From assembly GCF_009914755.1 (NCBI RefSeq), contig NC_060935.1: DNA of 64,000 nucleotides; one strand, written 5' to 3'. Positions 47,993-64,000 of the stretch are shown here, piece after piece. The notes under the pieces were generated by a model, which saw only the letters and a list, made by a program, of their open reading frames with translations, did not search any database and was not told the origin of the DNA. The stretch is from the human T2T-CHM13v2.0 reference genome, Homo sapiens. Positions within the stretch are counted from its first letter, which is position 1, and each line of letters begins with the position of its first letter. The position numbers and the translations under genes were made by a program.

Positions 47993-48160
47993 TAGGGACA
48001 GGGGCTCCAGAGGCCCACACACACCGCTTGTGTTGATCCTCCCTCCTTCTGTGCCCTTGGCCTTAAAGCCCACCCAGTCCCTCTGAACAGTGGGGAGCAG
48101 AGATGAACTGGGTCCGGGCTGCAGGTCCCAGGTCCTGTCCCTCTCCAACGCCCTTCTCAA

Positions 48161-48316
48161 GTTTTGTTTTTTTTTGTTTTTTTTTTTTTTGAGATGGGGT
48201 CGTACCCTGTTGCTCAGGCTGGAGTGCAGTAGTGTGATCACAGCTCACTGCAGCCTTGAACTTCTGGGCTCAGGCGATCCTCCCGCCTGAGCTTCCTGAG
48301 TAGCTGGGACTCCAGG
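48161..48316 (-). mobile_element. Antisense Alu monomer (J/FRAM-like)
   Basis: Poly-T, then gagatggggtc...gctggagtgcagt...gagtagctgggact. Confidence 0.9.
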
Positions 48317-48338
48317 GCATACCTCTTGTCTCCTTCAG

Positions 48339-48542
48339 GACCTGGAGCGAGGGCGGAGGGAGATGGTGGAGGAGGACCTGGATGCAGCCCTGCCCCTGCC
48401 TGACGAGGATGAGGAGGACCTCTCTGAGTATAAATTTGCCAAGTTCGCGGCCACCTACTTCCAGGGGACAACCACGCACTCCTACACCCGGCGGCCACTC
48501 AAACAGCCACTGCTCTACCATGACGACGAGGGTGACCAGCTG
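48339..48542 (+). CDS. MYO7A: MYO7A exon 24
   Basis: [15 protein letters not shown]...[13 protein letters not shown]...DEGDQL. Confidence 0.98.
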
Positions 48543-48697
48543 GTAAGGCCTGCCTGTCACTAGGTCACTGCTGGGTGGGGCCAGGGCTGGGGCTATGGAC
48601 TCTGCTGCTGGTGGTGGCCGTAGGTGATGAGGGTGGTGGGTCCCTGGGGGCCAGGGACCAGGTCTGACTATAGTCTTCACTGCGGTGCCCAGCCTGA

Positions 48698-49258
<561 letters not shown>

Positions 49259-49438
49259 TGAGTCTCAGTTTTCCTGACTGCCAGTTGGCTAGTGGGGGTG
49301 CAAGGGTAGGGGTGAGCAGGTGGACGGTGGCAGTGTGGGGGACACCCTGTAAGCTTCACGTGGAAGCGAGACGGTTCCCCGCAAAGTCTTGCTGTCGGGG
49401 GTCTCGACATTGCTTTCTGCTCAGCCACTTGACCCTGA

Positions 49439-49591
<153 letters not shown>

Positions 49592-50976
49592 TAGGTGGCC
49601 TAGGCTGGAGCACAGCTGAGCTGGGGGCCCACGGAAGCAGGAGCAGGAGTGGACACTGTCTGTCCTCAGGGGTCTTGGCTGGCCAGGGACAGGACAACAT
49701 GAGTGGGTTGGTGGGCGATCAGGCAGACAGGAGTGTCTGAAGAGGGTGGGATCTCAGGCCGGGGGTGGGAAGGGCTTCCTAGCAGAGGGCACTGAGCAGG
49801 GGAGGCCGGTAGCGGCACAGCTGAGAGGGAATACACTTCTAGCCGGGCACAGACCCGAGGCACTTGGTCCAAGGACCTTTGAGGCATGGGAGCTTTCTGT
49901 GGAACAAGAGTGCTCATGGAGCATGAACAGGATTAATTTATTTGAATTCATTCTTCAGTCACTTTGCCTTTTCTGGGCACTGTCCCAGCCCTTGTGCTCT
50001 GGGGTTGTCCAGGCTGGTGTGTGTGTGGCAGGGGAGGATACACTGGAGAGGCAGACACAAACCAAGGCATTCACAGCCTTGGGGGCCAGGCCCCCATCCC
50101 CACATTTGCACATGCCAGTCCCTCTGCCTGAAACTCCTCCTTTCTCTGCCTGGGGTCACCTCCTCCAGGAAGCCTCCCCAGCTCCTCCACTGCAGAGTCA
50201 GGGGCTCCCACTTCACCTCTGCCCTTGTCCTGTCCCCACCTGAGGCACAAATCCAGCCTTGCAGGTGTGTGGCCTCAGATTTGAATCCCAGCCCTGCCGC
50301 TTAGTATTCAAGGGACCCAGGGAAGAAAATGCCCACTCCGTGGGGTCCTGGGAAGAAGGCAGAAATGGCAGCCGAGGGTGTTCAGTGGTGCTCCCTGTCT
50401 GCACCACCCACTCCTGCCGCTCGCCTCTCACTCACCCTACATCCTCTGGGCAGAGCTCGGGGCTTGTGCTGTGGGCTGTGTGGGATGAGAGAGGAGAAAC
50501 ATCTCATAAGAACTGGTGTGAGGCTGGTCACATCGGGGCTAAGGGTGTTGGTGACAGAGTGGTGGTGACTGGTGGTTGGAACCTGGAGTATACTCCAGGT
50601 GCCACAGTTATGTTGGGGGGGGCACCCCAGAGAGATAGGGGTCCCGCTTGGAGTCAGAGGATCATGTCCCTGTCCTGGCTGAGAGGACCTCCCTGGGGTG
50701 GGGTGTGGGGTGCAGGGTATCGAGGAGGTGGCCAGAGGAGCTCTGTCCCCAGAAGTGGGTGGCACCGGGCCAGTGTGCCCCTGCTGTGTGGGCCAGTTAT
50801 TGGCCCAGCATCTGCTGTGCACGTGGCAGGGGTAATGACAGTGATGGGGAGCCCAGTTCTTCTGCTCACTCCTTAGATTCTGTTTTCTGGGGAGCAGGCA
50901 GCCTCGGGTGCTGGTGCCCTGGCTGGCAGGGGAACACCCCTAACTTTACCTGCCCTGTCCTCTCCCTCTGGCCCAG

Positions 50977-51104
50977 GTGACCAAGAGGCTGCATGACGGG
51001 GAGTCCACAGTGCAGGGCAACAGCATGCTGGAGGACCGGCCCACCTCCAACCTGGAGAAGCTGCACTTCATCATCGGCAATGGCATCCTGCGGCCAGCAC
51101 TCCG
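50977..51104 (+). CDS. MYO7A: MYO7A exon 27
   Basis: [10 protein letters not shown]...[18 protein letters not shown]; donor CG|gtcagt. Confidence 0.98.
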
Positions 51105-51216
51105 GTCAGTGCCGGAAAGTCTTTTGGTGGCTGAGTGGTGCCTCTGTCAACCTAGCAAGAGATTAAGCCAAGCAGGCCTGGGTTTGGCTTCGCTGCTAGC
51201 TAGTTGGTGGAGTTAG
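51105..51216 (+). CDS. MYO7A: Intron-27 read-through terminal extension of a short MYO7A isoform ([15 protein letters not shown]...WWS*)
   Basis: Frame stays open past the exon-27 donor to TAG at 51214-51216, with AATAAA at 51330 and 51342. Short MYO7A isoforms ending in intron 27 are recalled from annotation. Confidence 0.6.
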
Positions 51217-51284
51217 GACCTTGGTGGAGTTATTTCATCTTTCTAAGCCTCTGATTCCTTGTCTGTAAAGGGGGAATCCTAAAA

Positions 51285-53738
<2,454 letters not shown>

Positions 53739-55711
53739 CAGTAGCTACCTCATACATAGGCTTGTGGGAAGATAAAGCTATGAAAACTGTGTAGCACCAG
53801 ACCTGGAGCATAGTAAGCGCCCCGTAGATGGTAGCTTTGATCATCATCATCCAACATGCATTTCCTGCTTTAACCCCGCTGCCGCCAGCTCACCTCCAGT
53901 CACCCACCCTAGGCCCACGGTTAAGGTTACTGTGCCTGGGAATCCTGCAAGTACCTCCTTCCCCACAGGGCCAGGAGAGGCCTTTACCCAGGTCCCTGGG
54001 GTTTTGGGGAGTTGAAGGGAAGACCCAGGAGTCACCAGGAGCCACCAAAACATCAACTCAGCTGATGAGAGGAGGGCTAGGACTTTTCTGAGAACAGTCT
54101 CTGCATAGGACAGGTCTGTTGGGAGAGCTGATGCCATGAATGTGTGCATGCTGGTTGGGAGGACAGCAGGATGAGGCAGGGACCAAGCCCCACTTTCCTG
54201 ATGGGGAAACTGAGGTCCAGAGTAGGGAAGAGATTTGCCCAGGGGTCACTAGGCCTCCTGCCTCCTATCAGGCCCCCGTTTTTATCTCCCCAAGGCTAGT
54301 CACTACCTCACCGGGGTGGCCACACTGCCCAGGGCCACCTGCCAACAGGAGGAAAAGGCAGCTGCTGCAGGCGTGTCTCAGGGGCAAGAATTTGCCTCCA
54401 AATTATCTCACCATCATACCTAAAGCTGACACTTCTAGAAAACACGGTGCCAGGAGCCCTGAACCAAGAGTCCAAAGGCTGGGGTGTCAACTCCTTGAGG
54501 GGCCTCACACGGCTAATCCCTCCCTGCTCTCAGCCTCTGTCTCCCCATCTGTAAAGTGAGTGGAGACTCCCAGCTGCAGGTGATAATGTCTCACTAGTCT
54601 GTGGCAAGGTGGGAAAAGGAGGGATGTTTCTGAAGCTAAACTTGTTTTCTTTAAAGGACTGCTCTGAGACTTTGCCCTCCTACTGTTTGGAAATTTAAAA
54701 TTACCTTTGTTTTATGAGATAATTGGGATCTAGATAGTGGGCAGGTTGTGTGTGTTATAAATGTTCTCATTTATCATGATAAAAAAATGGGTAACTTCAG
54801 AATTTTCTTTGAAATTATAAACTCTCAAAACTGTTGAGCCACTGAATTAGGTAATCCCAGCCATCCTTTGGGAGAGAAGAGCAGCAGTGAGTGCCCCCTG
54901 GCGGACACTGCATCGTCATGTGTCCTGCCCTTGTCCTTGAACAGGCAGGCTGCAGTCTTAGAGTACTCAGTTTGCAGAAGAGAAGAACAAGCCCAGCAAT
55001 AATTGCAGCTGGCATTTATGAGGGGTTCACTGTGCCTGGCACTGTGCTAGGTGCGTCATAAGCCTTGGCTCATTCATCTTCACAGCAATCTTGTAAGGAT
55101 TCCTTTAAAATGAACACCAAAAAATTACCTTAATTGTTTTCATCCCATTACAAAAGTCATACATGGCCCCTTAAGTATTCACACATTACAGAAATATACC
55201 AGAGACAAAGTCCCTACTCATTCCATCCCCCAGTGACACCCCAGGATGCTTTTCCTGTTTCCGCTTTGTCCGTTGCCATGGGTAGAAGTTGCACCTGCTG
55301 CCGTGACTATGGGCTGGGATCAGAGAGGCGAACTCACCTGCCTGGGCCACCAGCTGGTTAGGAACGAGGCAGAGGCGGGGACTGTGCTTCTCATTAGCAT
55401 AGTCACCTGTGGCTGTGGCTGCGGCTGCTGAGCCCAGAGCAGGATACGCACCACCCTGGATGGTGGGGCCCTGGCTGTGGGAACTGGATTGGAGTTGGGG
55501 AGGTGCTTTATGCCCGATGATCCTGTCTCCAAAGCCAGACCCCAGCCCTTGGCTCAGCCCTGCCACCCAGCCTCACTCTGCCTCCTCCCAGGTGGTCTTG
55601 GCAAGTTGGAGAGGACAGCTGTGTGGCGTCCCACTGGCTGCTAGGAGGAGGTGGGGACCGGGGCTGTTCCTGTGGGGTGATTCCCCCTCCCTTGCCCTGC
55701 TGCCTGCCCAG

Positions 55712-55838
55712 GGACGAGATCTACTGCCAGATCAGCAAGCAGCTGACCCACAACCCCTCCAAGAGCAGCTATGCCCGGGGCTGGATTCTCGTGTCTCTCT
55801 GCGTGGGCTGTTTCGCCCCCTCCGAGAAGTTTGTCAAG
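55712..55838 (+). CDS. MYO7A: MYO7A exon 28 (MyTH4-1)
   Basis: [42 protein letters not shown]. Confidence 0.98.
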
Positions 55839-56255
55839 GTAGGAAGGTGCCTGGCCTCCTGGAGTGGGAAGGGGAGCTAGGCCCTGTCCCAGCACTGTGG
55901 GGAGAGCAATAGCCAGGGGCTCCAAAGGGCCTGGTCACAAGGCCCACCCGGCCACTCCTTACTGAGCCCCATCTTCCTGGCACCCCCTCCTCTCAGGCAG
56001 CCACCTCTTTTCCCCACACTCCCCTCAGCCCCATTCTACTTAGGAGGGGGCTGAGTCTGACAGGAGCGTGTCCCAGGCCCTCTGCACCCTCGTCTTGGGG
56101 CAGGCCCTGGGCGCTGGGGTCAGAGTGGAGCAGGTCATGGCAGGACCGACCCGACTGGCTGGTGCTGTGAAGGGGTATGGGGAGGAGCCACTAGGCTAAG
56201 CTAGCGGGAGGTGGGGGAGGCCACAGACGTGGCTGGAAATAGATGGTGGAGCTGA

Positions 56256-56783
<528 letters not shown>

Positions 56784-57040
56784 TGAAGGTTATATGAAGT
56801 GATAGCAGAGACCCCTGGCCTGTGGCAGTGCCTGACCTCTCAGCCCCAGGCCCTGGCTCAGGGGTCCTAAAGGTCCCATTGGGGTGGGGTGCACAGCAGG
56901 GCTCCCTGGACACCTGTGACAGGGACAAGCAGTGTCCCAGTGAGGTGCTGGGGCCTGGAGCACTGGGGCCTGGGGTGCTGGGGCAGCTCCAACCCCACAG
57001 AAAGCAGAGAGCCAAAGTCCAGAGGGGCAGGCAGGTCTGA

Positions 57041-57382
<342 letters not shown>

Positions 57383-57422
57383 TAATTGGCTCTGCCTGAC
57401 TCCTCAGGACTGCCGAGAACTC

Positions 57423-57788
<366 letters not shown>

Positions 57789-58202
57789 TCAGGCCCAGTG
57801 AATCCTCTCCTGGTGCTGAAGGAAGAGCATGGCACAGGCTGATGGGAGGGCTGCGCAGCCCTTGTGTGCAGATGGGAATGGAATTCCCTCTCAGGTTGCC
57901 ACGGCATCTGATGGAGAAACTCCTCAGCAAACGGGAGTTCCTTCACACTTGCCCTGAAGCAGCTGGAGTGTGGGCGTCCCGCAGACTCACCTCGGAGGCT
58001 GGAGCCTCCTCGGCTGAGCGGGACCTGGGGCTTGGGTGATTTTGCCTCCACCCCCAGCAACGTCATGCTCAGCAGAGGGGCCCCCGCCCACAAGCCCAGG
58101 GGAGGTACCGTGTTGCTGGACACAGTTTGCCTGGATTTTTCTCACCGATGCTCTTATGTTTCCAGGTACTGTCTGTTCAGTTTCCCAAAAGGCTTCCACT
58201 AG

Positions 58203-58727
<525 letters not shown>

Positions 58728-59189
58728 TGAGTGCTCCTCTGTGAGCCATCATTAGCTCAGGCTGGGGTGAGCCTGACTGCAACCAGGCACTCTTCAGGCT
58801 CCTGGATGGACACCGCCTACTTCAGGGGGCTCGTGAGGAGAGGCGAGATGGCGGGAGCAAGGGCTTCTGAGGATGTCCTGAATTCCACCAGTGGAGGAGG
58901 CCCCCACACTGCTGTAGTGACTGTGCGTGCTACAGAGGACGTGCCGCAGGACCTGCTGCACCATTCTGAGTATATCTAGTAAGCGCTGCATTAAATGAGA
59001 AATACAGCCATTCCTTGAGATCAGAATTTGCAAATGTGTATTCTTTTTTCTCCTTCTGAGGACAGGAGTTATGTGGTTGTTTTGTTTTCGATAATGGTAA
59101 TGGTAGCTATGGTTCTGTTGGTGATTGTGATGGAGGGATGAGAAAGGAGGTGGTGGAAATGAAGAGGATAGTTGGTGGTAGTAACGTTG

Positions 59190-60072
59190 GTGGAGGTAGT
59201 GATGATGGTTGGTGGTGATGGTGGAGGTAGTGATGGTGTTGGTACTGATGATGGTGGTGATGGTGGAGGAGGTAGTGATGGTGTTGGTGATGGTGGAGGT
59301 AGTTGTTTGTGATGGTGGAGGTAGTGATGCTGTTGGTGATGGTGGAGGTAGCGATGGTGTTGTTGGTGATGGTGGAGGTGGTGATGGTGTTGATGGTGGG
59401 GAGGTAGTGATGGTGTTGGTGATGGTGGAGGTAGTGATGGTGTTGGTGATGGTGGAGGTAGTGATGGTGTTGGTGATGGTGGAGGTAGTGATGCTGTTGG
59501 TGATCGTGGAGGTAGCGATGGTGTTGGTGATGGTGGAGGTAGTGATGCTGTTGGTGATCGTGGAGGTAGTGATGGTGTTGTTGGTGATGGTGGAGGTGGT
59601 GTTGGTGTTGGTGATGGTGGAGGTAGTGATGGTGTTGGTGATGGTGGAGGTAGTGATGTTAGTGATGAGGTATTGTTGGTACTGATGACTATGGTAATAT
59701 TGGAGGTAGGGATGATGTTAGTGATGGTGGTGGTGGTGATGGTGGAGGTAGTGATGGTGTTGGTGGTGATGACAGTGTTGTGGGTAGTGATGATAGTGGT
59801 GATGGTAAAGGTAGTGATGGTGGTGTTGACAATGACAGTGTTGTTGGTAATGATGGTGATGGTGGAGGCAGTGATGGTGTTGGTGATGACAGTGTTGTTG
59901 GTAGTGATAATGATGGTGATGGTGGAGGCATAGTGTTGGTAGTGATGATGGTGGTGATGGTGGAGGCAGTAATGATGTTGGTGATAGTGTTGGCAGTGAT
60001 GGTGGTGATGGTGGAGGTAGTGGTGGTAGTTTTGTTGGTGATAGTGGTGATGATAATGGTGGTATTGGTGGT
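59190..60072. repeat. (GGT/GAT)-rich minisatellite, 27-bp unit GGTGATGGTGGAGGTAGTGATGGTGTT
   Basis: Visible periodicity that degenerates toward the 3' end. Confidence 0.95.
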
Positions 60073-60821
60073 AAGCAAATATTCAGGCGGAGTGCATTAG
60101 TATAGCCACATCAGTTGCTAAAATTCTGAAATATTTCAAACTGGTTGGAAAATATCTATTGCCTCCAAGGCCCCCAAGAGCCTTTCTCTATGCCCTTGCT
60201 GCTAGAGCCCTGGGGAGCCCTAGGTAGGCATCACTGGGGCTGCTGTGCACCAGGCCAGGCAGAGAAGGGGCAAATGCCCAGTGGCCACTTGGCTCTCTGA
60301 ACCCTCTGCAGTAGATCCTGCCAGCTGTTAACCACTTTAACTGTCCCCCAAGTGCTTAACGGTGGTAGTGGTGATGGAGGCAGTCACAGTGATGCACTTC
60401 CCTCACTCTGACCCTGCCAGCAGACCCTAGGTGTCTCCCATTCTCCAGGGCAGACACTTCCTCTTCTGCTGTTTGTCAGCTCTGGTCGCTGTCTCACAGG
60501 GCTGAGTGTGCAGTGGCTGCTCGATGGGCTGGCTTGTTTCTTTGCATCACTTCATGTGCCCCTGGGCAGAGTCCAGCTCCATGCCAGTGCCAGAGGGATC
60601 CAGGAGAAGGTGAGGGTGTGGCCCTGCCCTTGGGGAGCTCATGGTTCCTCTGAGCAGACAAGAATTCCCTGGTGAATCAGTGAGAAGCCTGGGTCCCAAA
60701 GGCCAGGCTCTGAGAGCTACAGGAGGCAGGGCCAGGAGAGGGGCCTGGAGCCTTTGGTGGTGTGGAAGGGCTTCCTGGAGGGGCCTGGGCCAATGCATGA
60801 CCGAGGCCTCCCCCCACCTAG

Positions 60822-61262
<441 letters not shown>

Positions 61263-62243
61263 TAGCTTCCAGAGCTGCAGCTCAGGAGTGGCGGTGGATG
61301 CTAGACAGAGCTTTAGGAATTGTACCTCCTTTTTCCTAAAAGAACTCCAGCCCAACTTCCCGCCTGGGGAGCTTTAGGGACAGGCCCCCTTGACCCTCTT
61401 GCTTGGAGCCCAGGCCCATGACCAGCCATGAGTGGTTCCCTCCCAAGCTAAGAGCCTGGCCAAGTAGAGCAGGGGTATCCAGATGGGGAGAAGGTGGGAG
61501 CACTGGCTGCTGGTAGGGGACCCAGGGCCGCCTCATCTCCATGGCCCTGGCTGTGCAAGAGAATTGCCCCCGTACATAAGTCGAGGGCTCCATAGTCTGA
61601 GGGCACCACAGACCTGGATCTCACCCCTCCACCTCGTGGCCTCCGTCCTCACCCGGGAGCCCTGTGCCACCCTCCACCTGACCGTGTGCCTTCTCTGGTC
61701 AGCTCCCCGCCAGCCTCTGCCTCTCCCTGAGTCCTGAGTGCTCCCTGCACCAGCCTGCTTCCCTCGAGGCCCGAACCCCCCCGAACCCCACTTCAGAGGA
61801 GGAGCGTCTCCTCCCTGCCACCCCTCTGTCCCTCAAGTGAGAGCCCTGCCCTTCATCCTCAGGCACCTCCTCTCCCTTGGCCCTCACATGCCGGCAGCCA
61901 CTGCAGCCTGTCCAGCTAACTCCCAAACAGCTGCAGCCTCCACCCCCACCTCCCTGAGGGCCTCCTCGGGGCTCACTGCCATTGTGGCATATGGTACGTC
62001 CTGGGTGGGGTGCTATTATTATGCATTCATTTTATTTTGGGCACTTGTCATGTGCTGGGCACCATACCAGGACCTGGAGACACAGCCCTTTGTGGGACAG
62101 ACATGGTTTCTGCCCTTTGGAGCCCACAGCTGAGCTGGGTCTCTCCTGGACTGGAGCTCCTCAGAGTGTCTGTCCCAGAGCCCTGGGCCAGGCCCCACAT
62201 AGAATGGACAGTTGTGAATCACAGTTTTTGTAGGGTGGGAGGG

Positions 62244-62955
<712 letters not shown>

Positions 62956-63951
62956 GGTGTTTTGAAAACATCTTATTTTGAAATAATTTCAAAGTTATGG
63001 AGAAATTGCACGTTCAAAAAAGTAGGACTGCTATGTGCACTTCACTTCCCAGATTCACTGGGTGATAGCCACACTTGCTCAGTGATTTGTCTCTCTGCCT
63101 ACATATGTATTTTCTCTGAGTCATTTGAGCTTGGGTTGGTGACATTGAGCGCTTTGCCTCTGAATTCTCACCGCTCTCAGGATGGCACCCCTCATGGGCT
63201 CTCTCATGGGTGGAGATGGGGCCGTCTGTGAGCTGGCATACACACCCACCCTTACCTATGCCTGTGTCTACATTCTATAAAAACCAGGATTTCACTCTGA
63301 CCCCTCCAATGCTACCCCAGAACCCCAGAGTTCTCACTAGGGCTTGGGGGAATATTTTTAGAGAAACACAATGCCGGTGCTTTTGTATCTTACCAAGAGC
63401 ACAGCAGCACCCCTCACGGATCACCTCACCTCCAGGCTCCAGTTCTCCCTTGACACACTGATCTTTCTAACTCCCAGATTCACCAGATCAGTTTCTTGCA
63501 GTTGTGGCTGCACTCACAGTCCCCGAGGACCTGGCTCCGCACGCTGTGTCCCCATTCCCTCTCTTCCCCGTCTGCCCTGCCCACGCCTCTGCTGCACCAG
63601 CACACGCCTCCTACTGACCCCAGGGCCTTGGGCCTCCCACATGCTCTGCCTGGAATCCTTGCTTCCCTGTCTCTGCTGAACTGGGAACTCCCTGGAGGGG
63701 CAGCTATGCTTTCTCTGACTTTGGGCCCCAGCACCTGCATAGAGGTGGCGCTCAAAAGTGCTCGCCGATGTTGACGAATGAGAAAGGTGGGGACAGGGTG
63801 GCTGCAGACAGATGGGAGCAGGGCAAGGCCACGATGCACAGGAGGTGCAGGAGCCCCAGGCTGCTCCTGGCTAGAAGGCAGCAGCAGCTGATTTTTAGAG
63901 CAAACTCACTCGTATGTTGTCTTCTGTCCCTCTGTCCCTCTCTCCTTCCAG

Positions 63952-64000
63952 GGGATTTATGCCCAGAGGAGAACTGATGCCCAGAAGGTCAAAGAGGATG
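63952..64000 (+). CDS. MYO7A: MYO7A exon 33 (5' part, truncated by window edge)
   Basis: Pyrimidine tract ttccag|GGG ATT TAT; GIYAQRRTDAQKVKED. Confidence 0.97.

Noticed and set aside
59209-60100. Val/Met-rich and Gly/Asp-rich ORFs
   Set aside because: Artefacts of the GGT/GAT minisatellite.

Overview
Human-type (primate) genomic DNA from inside MYO7A (unconventional myosin VIIa, the Usher 1B/DFNB2/DFNA11 gene), on the + strand. The window starts in intron 2 and holds coding exons 3-32 plus the start of exon 33. Exon numbering is recalled from the canonical transcript, whose ATG exon lies upstream. The exons have GT-AG boundaries and join in one open frame: motor domain, five IQ motifs, SAH, MyTH4-1 and part of FERM-1. 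Introns carry Alu, L1, L2, MIR, MLT1, Tigger1, Tigger3 and hAT fossils plus two large tandem repeats. Beyond the canonical exons, the sequence shows candidate motor-tuning modules that splice in frame: an alternative CpG-island first coding exon (2887-2994, new 36-aa N-terminus), an 18-nt SRRM3/4-type microexon (19096-19113, TNCGGR) and a 54-nt cassette in actin-binding loop 2 (31520-31573). The microexon lies inside the loop of a 229/230-identical non-TE inverted repeat (16968-17197 / 19561-19790). An intron-27 read-through terminal exon is followed by poly(A) signals supplied by a Tigger1 end. Expression of these modules is inferred, not shown.
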